Of a stretch of 28,252 nucleotides of DNA, positions 1 through 8,947 are shown piece after piece. Numbering within the stretch: the first letter of the stretch is position 1; each line of letters begins with the position of its first letter. Source of the DNA: Clostridia bacterium (lineage in GTDB: Bacteria > Bacillota > Clostridia > Oscillospirales > Acutalibacteraceae). The notes beneath the pieces are model-generated. The model did not search any database. It was not told the DNA's origin and saw only the letters and a program-made list of their open reading frames with translations. The translations under genes and the position numbers were made by a program. The DNA lies in assembly GCA_017425745.1 (NCBI GenBank), contig JAFOXT010000409.1:1-28252 (forward strand), given 5' to 3'.

Positions 1-855
1 GTTGAGCTTATGGGGTACGAGCTTATTAAATCTTCAATTCAGAAAATTCTGAATCCCGATAAGGTTGTTTTCAGCTACGGAGCTATAATTGTTCTTGCTT
101 TTTCAATTCTCGGGAAAATCTGGATGGGCTTTTTCAACAAAAAGCTCGGCAAAGCAATCAACTCCCCTGCTATGATTGCTGTCGCTTCCGACAGTCTCAG
201 TGATACGGCAGCAACATTTATCTCGCTGCTTTCACTTTTATTGTCAAAGTTTACCGATTTACCTCTCGACGGCTTTATGGGTATTATCGTATCTTTCTTT
301 ATCCTTAAATCAGGCTTTGAAATACTCAAAGAAAGTATTGCTATTATTCTCGGTGCTCCGCCGTCTAAAGAGCTTGTAGATGAGCTCGTAGAGCAAATAA
401 CCTCGTATGACGGTATTCTCGGTATTCACGATCTTGTTATACATTCCTACGGTGAAACAAGAATGTTCGGAACAGTTCATATTGAATTTGCCGCAGACAG
501 TGATTTGCTTGAGGCACATGAAACCGCCGACACAATCGAAAAAGAAGTCAAAGAAAAATTCGGAATTGAGCTTGTTGTTCACCTCGATCCGCTCATTACT
601 AACGATGTTAGAATCAACGCACTCAAGGAAATGGTTGGTAAAGAGCTTAAATCAATAGGAAACGAGCTTACTTTCCACGATTTCAGAGTTGTAGACGGAC
701 CTACAAGAACCAATCTTATTTTTGATGTGGTACTGCCACATGAGTATAATCTCAGCGAAGAGGATGTTAAAACAAAGCTTCAGAGCCGGATTGCAGATAT
801 TGACAGCCGATATGCTCTTGTAATTATGTTCGATTACGACTATATTTCGTCTTAA
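1..855 (+). CDS. Cation diffusion facilitator (CDF) family transporter, 5'-partial
   Basis: Frame is open from base 1 (gtt gag ctt atg), so the true start is probably upstream of the window. Hydrophobic TM segments, CDF TM5 motif ASDSLSD, cytoplasmic dimerisation domain (IHDLVIHSYG...AHETAD...VVHLDP) and a second CTD-like C-terminal repeat. Confidence 0.85.
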   Translation, partial: VELMGYELIKSSIQKILNPDKVVFSYGAIIVLAFSILGKIWMGFFNKKLGKAINSPAMIAVASDSLSDTAATFISLLSLLLSKFTDLPLDGFMGIIVSFFILKSGFEILKESIAIILGAPPSKELVDELVEQITSYDGILGIHDLVIHSYGETRMFGTVHIEFAADSDLLEAHETADTIEKEVKEKFGIELVVHLDPLITNDVRINALKEMVGKELKSIGNELTFHDFRVVDGPTRTNLIFDVVLPHEYNLSEEDVKTKLQSRIADIDSRYALVIMFDYDYISS

Positions 856-946
856 AAAGCATATGAAGTGTAATCAGTGGTTAATATGCACAAAATAAGC
901 TATTTTGTTTACAGATAATTTTATATGACAAATCTTCAAGAAACTA

Positions 947-974
947 TTGAAAAGTTTTAAGAAACAAGTACAAT
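947..974 (+). promoter_or_regulatory. Putative sigma-A promoter of prs
   Basis: TTGAAA (947-952), 16-bp spacer, TACAAT (969-974), about 50 bp before the GGGGG RBS and ATG at 1027. Confidence 0.45.
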
Positions 975-1026
975 ATATATGTATGTGTTTAAAATTACAC
1001 GAAGTTTAACATGGGGGTAAATTAAT

Positions 1027-2208
1027 ATGTCTAATGCAGTATCTGATTATTTTGAAGGAATTCAGGGACGCCTCGGCATTATTGCTATGAGAGGCTGCGA
1101 AGAATTCGCAAAAAAGGTAAGCGATCAGATTGTTGAAATCCGCGAAAAAATGGGTGACACAGAAATTATCGGCTACCACAGAGATTCTTATATTCTTGAT
1201 GCAGAATTTCCCAGATTCTCAACCGGTGAAGGTAAAGGCGTTATCAAAGAAACAATCAGAGGTTACGACCTTTTCATTATTTCCGACTGCTTCAATTACA
1301 GCGTAACTTACAAAATGTATGACCTCAAAGATGCTGACGGTAAGCCTCTTCAGGTTCCGATGAGTCCCGACGATCACTTTGCAGATCTCAAGAGAGTTAT
1401 CTCAGCTTGCGCAGGTAAGGCTAAGAGAATTACTGTTATTATGCCTATGCTTTATGAAGGAAGACAGCACAGACGTACTTCAAGAGAATCACTTGACTGT
1501 GCACTTGCACTTCAGGAGCTCGAAAATCTCGGCGTAAGCAACATTATCACATTCGACGCTCACGATTCCAGAGTACAGAACGCAATCAGAATCGGTTTCG
1601 AAAGCGTTTCACCTACATATCAGATGATCAAGGCTCTTGCCAAGAGTCAGAACAATGACATTCAATTTACACCTGAAAATACAATGATTATCTCTCCTGA
1701 CGAAGGTGGTATGGGCAGATGCGTATACTACTCACAGGTTCTTGAGGTAGACCTTGGTATGTTCTATAAGAGAAGAGATTTCACCCGTGTTATCGACGGA
1801 AGAAACCCCATTATCTCACACGAATTCCTTGGTGACAATGTTGAAGGCAAAGACGTAATTGTTGTTGACGATATGATTTCAAGCGGCGACTCAATGATCG
1901 ACGTTTGCAAGCAGCTTAAGAATCTCAACGCAAGAAGAATTTTTGTTTTCTCTTCATTCGGTCTTTTCTCATCAGGTCTTGAAAGATTTGACAAAGCTTA
2001 TGAAGAAGGCATCTTTGATAAGATTTTCACTACTAACCTTATTTATCAGACACCTGCTCTCATTCAGAAGCCCTGGTACTATTCAGTTGATATGTCAAAA
2101 TATGTAGCACTTATTGTTGACACGCTCAATCACGATAAGTCAGTTAGTCAGTTCCTCAATCCTATTCAGAAGATCAACGACTATGTAAAGAGATATAATC
2201 TCAAATAA
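1027..2208 (+). CDS. prs: Ribose-phosphate pyrophosphokinase (PRPP synthetase)
   Basis: RFSTGEG, PMLYEGRQHRR, ITFDAH, ISPDEGG and the PRPP-binding VIVVDDMISSGDS motif. Confidence 0.95.
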   Translation: MSNAVSDYFEGIQGRLGIIAMRGCEEFAKKVSDQIVEIREKMGDTEIIGYHRDSYILDAEFPRFSTGEGKGVIKETIRGYDLFIISDCFNYSVTYKMYDLKDADGKPLQVPMSPDDHFADLKRVISACAGKAKRITVIMPMLYEGRQHRRTSRESLDCALALQELENLGVSNIITFDAHDSRVQNAIRIGFESVSPTYQMIKALAKSQNNDIQFTPENTMIISPDEGGMGRCVYYSQVLEVDLGMFYKRRDFTRVIDGRNPIISHEFLGDNVEGKDVIVVDDMISSGDSMIDVCKQLKNLNARRIFVFSSFGLFSSGLERFDKAYEEGIFDKIFTTNLIYQTPALIQKPWYYSVDMSKYVALIVDTLNHDKSVSQFLNPIQKINDYVKRYNLK

Positions 2209-2219
2209 AATTAAAGCTT

Positions 2220-2252
2220 AAGCGACCCTTCAGTCTGAAGGGTCGCTTTTTT
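2220..2252 (+). terminator. Intrinsic terminator after prs, possibly bidirectional
   Basis: AGCGACCCTTCA-gtc-TGAAGGGTCGCT perfect 12-bp stem followed by a T run, between convergent stop codons at 2208 and 2258. Confidence 0.9.
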
Positions 2253-2257
2253 ATATG

Positions 2258-3001
2258 CTATATGTATTCAGTTAAAGAAACTATACCACCCACATCGGTC
2301 AGCTGTATATTTTTGGGATAAACAGCTTTACAATGGTGTTTATCAAGAAAAGCTAAGATTTCATCAGAATTTCTGTGCAGTCTTATATCACCAAAAAAAT
2401 AAATCTCATCTTTCGAAATCTTTGCAGATGCACCACCGATAAAGCCGTATTCGTGACGTCCAAGAACAATGTCACCTTTTTCAATCAAAAGGATATCAAA
2501 GGCATTTTTGAGCGTTTTAAACACAGACATATCATCAGTAATCAAGGCTTTTTCATTAACAGGTAATATCGAGCACTTTGTATATCCCTGTTTCACAGTG
2601 TATTTGTTAAATTCGGTAATTCTTTCAAGTACATTCTTATCGCTGTAAGAAAAAGCTCCGACCGCATTTTTGCCAAACAAAGCAACGTTAAGCTTTACAT
2701 CCTCGGGATACTCCCCTGCTATCGGTTCAATAGTTTTAACAACATCGAAGCCACGCAGTTCAAGTTTATGAATGAGATTTATCTGGTTTTTATCAACAGC
2801 AACTTTGTTTCCGCCAAAATGAAGTGCACACATATCAGCATGAGTGCTGACGGCTATGTCGATATGATTATTCGGTTCAAAATTCAATATTTCAATGCCG
2901 TTTTCTTTGAAAAACAATTCACATTCATAAGGAATCTGACCGCAGATTGCACTTGCAACTCTGCCTTCGGGTAAATTTGGCTTATCAATAAACTTAATCA
3001 T
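2258..3001 (-). CDS. Conserved hypothetical protein, DUF6873-like (GME/pentein-type fold suggested)
   Basis: 247-aa ORF whose ATG overlaps the radA stop. Motifs HADM, Y(P)EDVKLN, KQGYTKCS, ITDD and YGFIGGAS recall the clostridial DUF6873 family (from memory, not searched). Confidence 0.6.
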   Translation of the reverse strand: MIKFIDKPNLPEGRVASAICGQIPYECELFFKENGIEILNFEPNNHIDIAVSTHADMCALHFGGNKVAVDKNQINLIHKLELRGFDVVKTIEPIAGEYPEDVKLNVALFGKNAVGAFSYSDKNVLERITEFNKYTVKQGYTKCSILPVNEKALITDDMSVFKTLKNAFDILLIEKGDIVLGRHEYGFIGGASAKISKDEIYFFGDIRLHRNSDEILAFLDKHHCKAVYPKNIQLTDVGGIVSLTEYI

Positions 3002-4374
3002 AATATTATAGCTTCAAAGGCTTCTCTGATTGTACGTACACCCCTGACCTCAATTTCAGCTTTAAGTGATGCTGAAATGTTTTTCAGGTTGCTTTTAGGA
3101 ATCACGCAACGGGTAAACCCAAGACGTGCAGCTTCTTTAATTCGTTGTTCACAGTGTGATACACCTCTGATTTCACCTGCAAGACCGATTTCACCAAATG
3201 CAAGCACATCATCACGCAGTGAATAATCCTTTAAGGATGAAACAAGAGCCATAACAATTGTAAGATCAAGCGCCGGTTCATCAAGCTTCATACCGCCGAC
3301 AACATTAACATAAACATCGTTACCCGCGAAGAAATACCCTGCCCTTTTTTCGAGCACAGCCAGAAGCATATTAAGTCGGTTGAAATCAAAGCCGTTGGTA
3401 ATTCTGCGTGGGTTGCCGTAATTGTTTGAAGCAACAAGCCCCTGAATTTCAGCGAGAATTGGTCTTGAGCCCTCCATAACACAAGCAACACAAGAGCCCG
3501 GGGTATTCTTCGGTCTGCCTGATATAAGCATTGCCGAGGGATTTTCAACCTCTTTAAGACCTACATCAAACATTTCAAATACACCAATTTCATTTGTGGA
3601 ACCGAATCTGTTTTTAACAGCTCTGAGAATTCTGAAGGAAAGATTTCTTTCACCTTCAAAATAAAGCACTGCATCAACAATATGTTCAAGAACCTTAGGA
3701 CCTGCTATATTACCATCCTTATTAACATGACCGACCATAATTATGGGAATTGAAAGACTTTTTGATGTTCGCATAAGAAGATTAGAGCATTCTCGCACCT
3801 GAGTAACACAGCCGGGTGAAGAATTGAGTGCCGTAAAATTCATTGTCTGAATCGAGTCGATTATAACAAGATCGGGAGTTGTTTGTCTGATATGCTCACA
3901 AATTAATTCAATATCAGTTTCACACAAAATGAAAAGATTATCTGCTGAAACCTTCAGTCTGTCTGCTCTGAGCTTAATCTGACTGTATGACTCTTCACCT
4001 GAAACATAAAGAACCTTAAGCTTCTTTCCAAGCTCCTTACAAATCTGCAGGAGTATTGTTGATTTACCAATACCGGGATCACCACTAAGAAGCACAAGTG
4101 AGCCTTTTACAATCCCGCCGCCAAGCACCCTATCAAGCTCTTTCATACCGGTTTTATATCTGAGTTCGGTGTCGGTTTTGATTTCACTAATTGCATAAGA
4201 TGTAATGTTCTGAACAGTTCTTTGCACAGCTTTTCCGTTTTTTTGCGGTAATTCCTGTCTTATCTGTTCTTCAAGTGTTGCCCACTCGCCACAATCAGGA
4301 CATTTTCCCAACCATTTTGGTGTTTCATATCCGCAGGATGAGCACACATAATAAGTTTTCGTTTTCCCTGCCAT
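2998..4374 (-). CDS. radA: DNA repair protein RadA/Sms
   Basis: N-terminal C4 zinc finger (CSSC...CPDC), Walker A GDPGIGKS, IIDSIQT, KNRFG signature and Lon-like C-terminal domain (GEIGLAGEIR). Confidence 0.97.
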   Translation of the reverse strand: MAGKTKTYYVCSSCGYETPKWLGKCPDCGEWATLEEQIRQELPQKNGKAVQRTVQNITSYAISEIKTDTELRYKTGMKELDRVLGGGIVKGSLVLLSGDPGIGKSTILLQICKELGKKLKVLYVSGEESYSQIKLRADRLKVSADNLFILCETDIELICEHIRQTTPDLVIIDSIQTMNFTALNSSPGCVTQVRECSNLLMRTSKSLSIPIIMVGHVNKDGNIAGPKVLEHIVDAVLYFEGERNLSFRILRAVKNRFGSTNEIGVFEMFDVGLKEVENPSAMLISGRPKNTPGSCVACVMEGSRPILAEIQGLVASNNYGNPRRITNGFDFNRLNMLLAVLEKRAGYFFAGNDVYVNVVGGMKLDEPALDLTIVMALVSSLKDYSLRDDVLAFGEIGLAGEIRGVSHCEQRIKEAARLGFTRCVIPKSNLKNISASLKAEIEVRGVRTIREAFEAIIL

Positions 4375-5138
4375 TATAAATCTCCTTTTGCTATGAAATA
4401 TTCATTCAATCCGTTCAATATAACCAAAGACATTTTTATCTGATATTCTTCATCATTAAGCAAAGCTGTCTCTGTAGGATTAGACATAAATCCACATTCA
4501 ACCATAACCGATGGCGTTTTTGAATGATAAAGCAAATAAATTTCCTTACCGCTTTTCTTTGTTTTTCTTTCGTTTTCTGTCTGAAGGCCTTCCCTGACTG
4601 AATTCTGTATATAATCAGCGATAAGCTTACTTTCAGGATTATTAGGTGAATAAAAAATCTGGGCACCGTTATATTTTTGCTGAGTAAAATAATTCTGATG
4701 TATGCTAAGAAATACACTTTCAGGATTATTTTCAATAACAGACATTCGGTTTCTTATATCAGAAACCTTTTTACTTCTCATTGATTCATGAGAACCGCTG
4801 TAAATCAATTTATCCTCGTTCCTTGTCATCAGTGTATTGTAACCGCACAGAGTAAGAAGTATGTCAAGCTTTCTTGAAATTGAAAGATTGATATCCTTTT
4901 CAACTATTCCGTCTGCTGATGAAGTACCTCCATCCTCTCCTCCGTGACCGGGATCAATTATTATGAGAGGCAAAGCGCTCATAACTGACACGTTACTTGT
5001 CGCTTCATTACTGTCAACACCGATATAAAATGACAAAATCAAAAGCAAATAAGATGCTATTGCCATAAGACTGATAACAGAGGAAAATAAATTTTTGAAC
5101 TTTATTGAAAAATATATGCCTTTATTCACTGTAATCAC
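4374..5138 (-). CDS. cwlD: N-acetylmuramoyl-L-alanine amidase (Amidase_3), CwlD-like spore cortex amidase
   Basis: N-terminal TM helix, IIIDPGHGGEDGG, EKDINL, SIHQN, VECGFMSN. The start may be the GTG at 5129 (RBS GGGTGA). cwlD orthology is inferred from size and architecture. Confidence 0.75.
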   Translation of the reverse strand: MITVNKGIYFSIKFKNLFSSVISLMAIASYLLLILSFYIGVDSNEATSNVSVMSALPLIIIDPGHGGEDGGTSSADGIVEKDINLSISRKLDILLTLCGYNTLMTRNEDKLIYSGSHESMRSKKVSDIRNRMSVIENNPESVFLSIHQNYFTQQKYNGAQIFYSPNNPESKLIADYIQNSVREGLQTENERKTKKSGKEIYLLYHSKTPSVMVECGFMSNPTETALLNDEEYQIKMSLVILNGLNEYFIAKGDL

Positions 5139-5144
5139 CCATAA

Positions 5145-5171
5145 ATTTTATGAGTAAAAGCATTTTTATAT
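5145..5171 (-). promoter_or_regulatory. Possible sigma-E (sporulation) promoter upstream of the cwlD-like gene
   Basis: Minus strand reads ATA-N16-CATAAAAT versus the sigma-E consensus ATa-N16-18-cATAcanT. The region is AT-rich and the inferred +1 lies very close to the RBS, so this is weak. Confidence 0.3.
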
Positions 5172-5234
5172 AACAAAGTATAACTCAAAAAACAAAAATA
5201 ATCAACTGCATAGAGTCCACAATTTGTCACCGAA

Positions 5235-5267
5235 CAAAAAAACAGAGGCAAGGATCAACCTTGCCTC
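5235..5267 (-). terminator. Intrinsic terminator after ilvE
   Basis: Minus strand GAGGCAAGG-ttgat-CCTTGCCTC followed by TGTTTTTT, 7 bp after the ilvE stop. Confidence 0.88.
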
Positions 5268-5274
5268 ATTATAA

Positions 5275-6342
5275 TTATTTAACTTCAATTCTCCAGCCGT
5301 AGGGATCTTCCTTCTTGCCCCACTGGATACCTGTAAGTTCATCGTAAAGCTTCTGTGTGAGTTCACCGATACCGCCGTCACCGATTGTCATAACATCGTC
5401 AACATAACGAAGCTTACCAACGGGTGAAACAACTGCGGCTGTACCTGTACCCCATACTTCTTCAAGAGTACCGTCTTTTGCGGCAGCAACAAGCTCGTCA
5501 ACAGAAATTCTTCTTTCTTCTACTTCGTAGCCCCATGATTTGCAAACATGGATAATTGAGTTACGAGTGATACCGGGAAGAATGCTGCCGTTGAGCATAG
5601 GTGTAACTACCTTGCCGCCGATTTTGAAGAAGATGTTCATAGCACCTACTTCTTCGATGTACTTTCTTTCTACACCATCAAGCCAGAGTACCTGTGAATA
5701 ACCGCTGTCGTGTGCCTTAACCTGAGCAATAAGAGAAGCAGCGTAGTTACCGCCTGTCTTAGCAAAGCCCATACCACCCTTAACAGCACGAACATATTCG
5801 TCTTCAATCCAGATACCAACAGGAGCAAGACCACTTTCGTAGTAAGCACCTGAGGGTGAAAGAATTATAATGAAGAGATATGTCTTTGAGGGAGCAACAC
5901 CGAGGAATTCATCAGTTGCAATAATGAAAGGACGGATGTAGAGTGATGTACCTTCGTCTGCAGGCACCCAATCTCTGTCCACATCAACAATAGCCTTAAC
6001 AGCATCAACAAAATCATCAATAGGAAGTTCGGGGATGCAAAGTCTTTCATTGGTAGCGTTTGTTCTCTTAGCGTTCATATCAGGACGGAAAAGGTAAATC
6101 TTATCGCCTTCGCCTCTGTATGCCTTAAGACCTTCAAACATTTCCTGGCCGTAATGGAAAACCATAGCACTGGGGTCAAGTGAAAGGTTGCCGTAAGGAA
6201 CAATTCTTGCGTCATGCCAACCCTTGCCTTCAGTGTAGTTCATCATAAACATATGGTCAGTAAAAATATGACCGAAACCGAGCTTTTCGCCCTTAGCAGG
6301 CTTTGCTTTCGGAGTAGTTGTTTTGGTAATTTTGATATCCAT
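5275..6342 (-). CDS. ilvE: Branched-chain amino acid aminotransferase (fold type IV PLP enzyme)
   Basis: LGFGHIFTDHM, FHYGQEMFEGLKAY, LYIRPF, KTGGNYA, EVGAMN, ILPGITR, GTGTAAVVSP. RBS GAGGTG supports the ATG at 6342 rather than 6351. Confidence 0.96.
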   Translation of the reverse strand: MDIKITKTTTPKAKPAKGEKLGFGHIFTDHMFMMNYTEGKGWHDARIVPYGNLSLDPSAMVFHYGQEMFEGLKAYRGEGDKIYLFRPDMNAKRTNATNERLCIPELPIDDFVDAVKAIVDVDRDWVPADEGTSLYIRPFIIATDEFLGVAPSKTYLFIIILSPSGAYYESGLAPVGIWIEDEYVRAVKGGMGFAKTGGNYAASLIAQVKAHDSGYSQVLWLDGVERKYIEEVGAMNIFFKIGGKVVTPMLNGSILPGITRNSIIHVCKSWGYEVEERRISVDELVAAAKDGTLEEVWGTGTAAVVSPVGKLRYVDDVMTIGDGGIGELTQKLYDELTGIQWGKKEDPYGWRIEVK

Positions 6343-6360
6343 AATTAACACCTCAATATT

Positions 6361-6894
6361 TTAAAACTCATAACCAAGCTTAACAGCCTTAAGGTTAACA
6401 TCAATGAGATTTGCTTTTCTGGGAGGAACAACCTTTTTAACTGCGTCTTCAACCTTTGCATATCCTACATTGTCGCAAACCTTCATAAGCTTGCCCATAA
6501 GAATCATATTAGCGAGAGTTGAAAAGCCTTCATCGGTTGCAATTTTTGTTGCAGGTACATAGTAAACGTTAACATCATCTCTCTGAACCTTTTCAGAAAT
6601 AAGTGTTGAGTCAACAATAATTGTGCCGCCTGAAACAACTTCACTTTCATACTTTTTAAGTGAAGGAAGGTTCATTGCAACAAGAACATCGGGATTTGAT
6701 ACGATAGGTGAACCAACAGCTGTATCGCTGACGATTACACTGCAGTTGGCAGTACCGCCACGCATTTCCGGGCCGTATGAGGGAAGCCAGCTGATCTGCT
6801 TATCTTCGAGAAGCCCCTTATAAGCGATGAGCTTGCCTGCAAAAAGTACGCCCTGACCGCCGAAGCCTGCAATAAGAATCTGAGTTGTGCTCAT
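6361..6894 (-). CDS. 2-oxoacid:ferredoxin oxidoreductase gamma subunit (Vor-type)
   Basis: AGFGGQGV and SYGPEMRGGTA motifs, NMILMG. ATG overlaps the stop of the beta subunit. Confidence 0.92.
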   Translation of the reverse strand: MSTTQILIAGFGGQGVLFAGKLIAYKGLLEDKQISWLPSYGPEMRGGTANCSVIVSDTAVGSPIVSNPDVLVAMNLPSLKKYESEVVSGGTIIVDSTLISEKVQRDDVNVYYVPATKIATDEGFSTLANMILMGKLMKVCDNVGYAKVEDAVKKVVPPRKANLIDVNLKAVKLGYEF

Positions 6895-7649
6895 TATTCT
6901 GCCTCCTTTTCTGCATCTCTGTCCTTATAAACACCAAGAGGATAATAAGGAAGCATATTGTCTTCAAGCCACTTAAGAGCATCTACAGGGCTGAGACCCC
7001 AGTTAGTAGGACAAGTTGAAACAACTTCGATAAGTGAGAAGCCCTTCTTATCAATCTGATTCTGGAATGCCTTCTTAATAGCTTTCTTTGCGTTTTTAAC
7101 GTTCTTTACATTATTTACAGCAACTCTTTCGATGTAGCCTGCACCGTCGAGCTGTGAAAGAAGCTCTGAAACCTTAACAGGGAAACCACAGTGGTTTGTA
7201 TCTCTGCCGTAAGGTGAAGTCTGTGTCACCTGACCGGGAAGTGAAGTAGGAGCCATCTGTCCGCCTGTCATACCGTAAATTGCGTTGTTAACAAAAATTA
7301 TTGTAATATTTTCATTTCTTGCTGCTGAGTGAACAGTTTCAGCCATACCGATTGAAGCAAGGTCGCCGTCGCCCTGATATGTGAAAACAATGTGGTTGTC
7401 AGGATCAGCACGCTTAAGACCTGTTGCAACAGCAGGAGCTCTGCCGTGAGCAGCCTCAACCATATCACAGTTGAAATAGTTGTAAGCAAGAACTGAACAA
7501 CCAACAGGAGCAACACCGATTGTCTTGCCTTCAATACCAAGCTCATCGATTGCCTCGGCAACAAGACGGTGAATAATACCATGAGTACAACCGGGGCAAT
7601 AATGTAAAGGCACATCTGCAAGTGACTTGGGTTTATCAAATACTACCAT
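6894..7649 (-). CDS. 2-oxoacid:ferredoxin oxidoreductase beta (TPP-binding) subunit (Vor-type)
   Basis: HYCPGCTHG, VGCS, HGRA, TPP motif QGDGD...NN, YGMTGGQMAPT, STCPT. Confidence 0.93.
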   Translation of the reverse strand: MVVFDKPKSLADVPLHYCPGCTHGIIHRLVAEAIDELGIEGKTIGVAPVGCSVLAYNYFNCDMVEAAHGRAPAVATGLKRADPDNHIVFTYQGDGDLASIGMAETVHSAARNENITIIFVNNAIYGMTGGQMAPTSLPGQVTQTSPYGRDTNHCGFPVKVSELLSQLDGAGYIERVAVNNVKNVKNAKKAIKKAFQNQIDKKGFSLIEVVSTCPTNWGLSPVDALKWLEDNMLPYYPLGVYKDRDAEKEAE

Positions 7650-7650
7650 T

Positions 7651-8712
7651 TTATTTTCCCTCCTTGTCTACAGAAATAATGCTTTCAAGAACCTGCTCGG
7701 GAGAAGGAATCATACCGCCTACTCTGTTGCAGAGATGTACGTTTTTCTTGCAATCTGTTGCGAGTCTGATGTCTTCAATCATCTGACCCATTGAAAGCTC
7801 AACAGAAATGAATGCCTTAACCTTGTCAGCTGCCTTCTGGAAAGGAGCCTTGGGGAAGGGCCAGAGTGTGATAGGTCTGATAAGACCAACCTTGATACCC
7901 TCTTCTCTTGCTTTAACAATTGCATTTTTAGCAACTCTTGCCGCAATACCGAAAGCAACAACACAGATGTCAGCATCGTCCATCATGTACTCTTCGTACA
8001 TAGCTTCATTTTCTTCGATAGTCTTGTATCTGTCGTATCTTTCAAAATTGAGTTTTTCAAGCTCATCGGGTACAAGTGAAAGAGAGTTAATAATGTTCTT
8101 CTTTCTTTCGAGCTTTGTGCCTGTAACAGCCCATGACTTATCATAATCGTTAACCTTAACCTCTGAAAGCTCAACAGGCTCCATCATCTGACCGATTGTA
8201 CCGTCAGCAAGAATCATTGAAGTCATTCTGTACTTTTCTGCAAGGTCAAAGCCCTTGATTGTAAGGTCAGCCATTTCCTGAACTGATGAAGGTGCAAGAA
8301 CGATCATTTTGAAGTCACCGTGTCCGCCGCCCTTAGTAGCCTGGAAATAGTCAGACTGTGAGGGCTGAATGCCACCGAGACCGGGGCCGCCACGCTGTAC
8401 GTTTACAACAAGTGCAGGAAGATCTGAACCTGCCATATAAGAAAGTCCTTCAGCCTTAAGAGAAATTCCGGGGCTTGAAGATGATGTCATAACTCTTTTA
8501 CCGGTTGATGCAACACCGTAAACCATATTAATTGCAGCAACCTCACTTTCAGCCTGAAGGAAGCAGCCACCGATTTTAGGCATTTTCTTTGCCATGTAAG
8601 CAGCAATTTCAGTCTGAGGGGTAATAGGATAACCGAAGTAATGTCTGCAGCCTGCAAGAATAGCAGCTTCAGCAATGGCTTCGTTACCCTTCATAAGTAC
8701 TTTTTCAGCCAT
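7651..8712 (-). CDS. vorB: 3-methyl-2-oxobutanoate (branched-chain 2-oxoacid):ferredoxin oxidoreductase alpha subunit, VorB-like
   Basis: MKGNEAIAEAA, FGYPITPQTE, QAESEVAA, SSSPGISLK, QRGGPGLG, QPSQSDY. RBS GAGGT...GGAA supports the ATG at 8712. Vor versus Kor specificity is inferred from the short alpha subunit and context. Confidence 0.88.
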   Translation of the reverse strand: MAEKVLMKGNEAIAEAAILAGCRHYFGYPITPQTEIAAYMAKKMPKIGGCFLQAESEVAAINMVYGVASTGKRVMTSSSSPGISLKAEGLSYMAGSDLPALVVNVQRGGPGLGGIQPSQSDYFQATKGGGHGDFKMIVLAPSSVQEMADLTIKGFDLAEKYRMTSMILADGTIGQMMEPVELSEVKVNDYDKSWAVTGTKLERKKNIINSLSLVPDELEKLNFERYDRYKTIEENEAMYEEYMMDDADICVVAFGIAARVAKNAIVKAREEGIKVGLIRPITLWPFPKAPFQKAADKVKAFISVELSMGQMIEDIRLATDCKKNVHLCNRVGGMIPSPEQVLESIISVDKEGK

Positions 8713-8722
8713 TTCCTTTACC

Positions 8723-8929
8723 TCACTTTTCAACTTTAATTATGCAATCGGGACACATAGTTGCGCAGAAAGCACAAGCAATACACTGACTTTCGTCTGT
8801 GATTTTTACAGGTGTGTGACCTTTTGCATTGATTACATCTGTATCAAGCACAAGAAGCTTTTTGGGACAAGCAGCAACGCAAAGTCCGCAGCCCTTGCAC
8901 ATATCGGTTTTAAACGTCAATTTAGCCAT
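8723..8929 (-). CDS. 2x[4Fe-4S] ferredoxin, delta subunit of the oxidoreductase
   Basis: Two CxxCxxCxxxCP motifs (CKGCGLCVAACP, CIACAFCATMCP); RBS GGAGGTG. Confidence 0.93.
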   Translation of the reverse strand: MAKLTFKTDMCKGCGLCVAACPKKLLVLDTDVINAKGHTPVKITDESQCIACAFCATMCPDCIIKVEK

Positions 8930-8947
8930 ATCGGCACCTCCGTTTTA

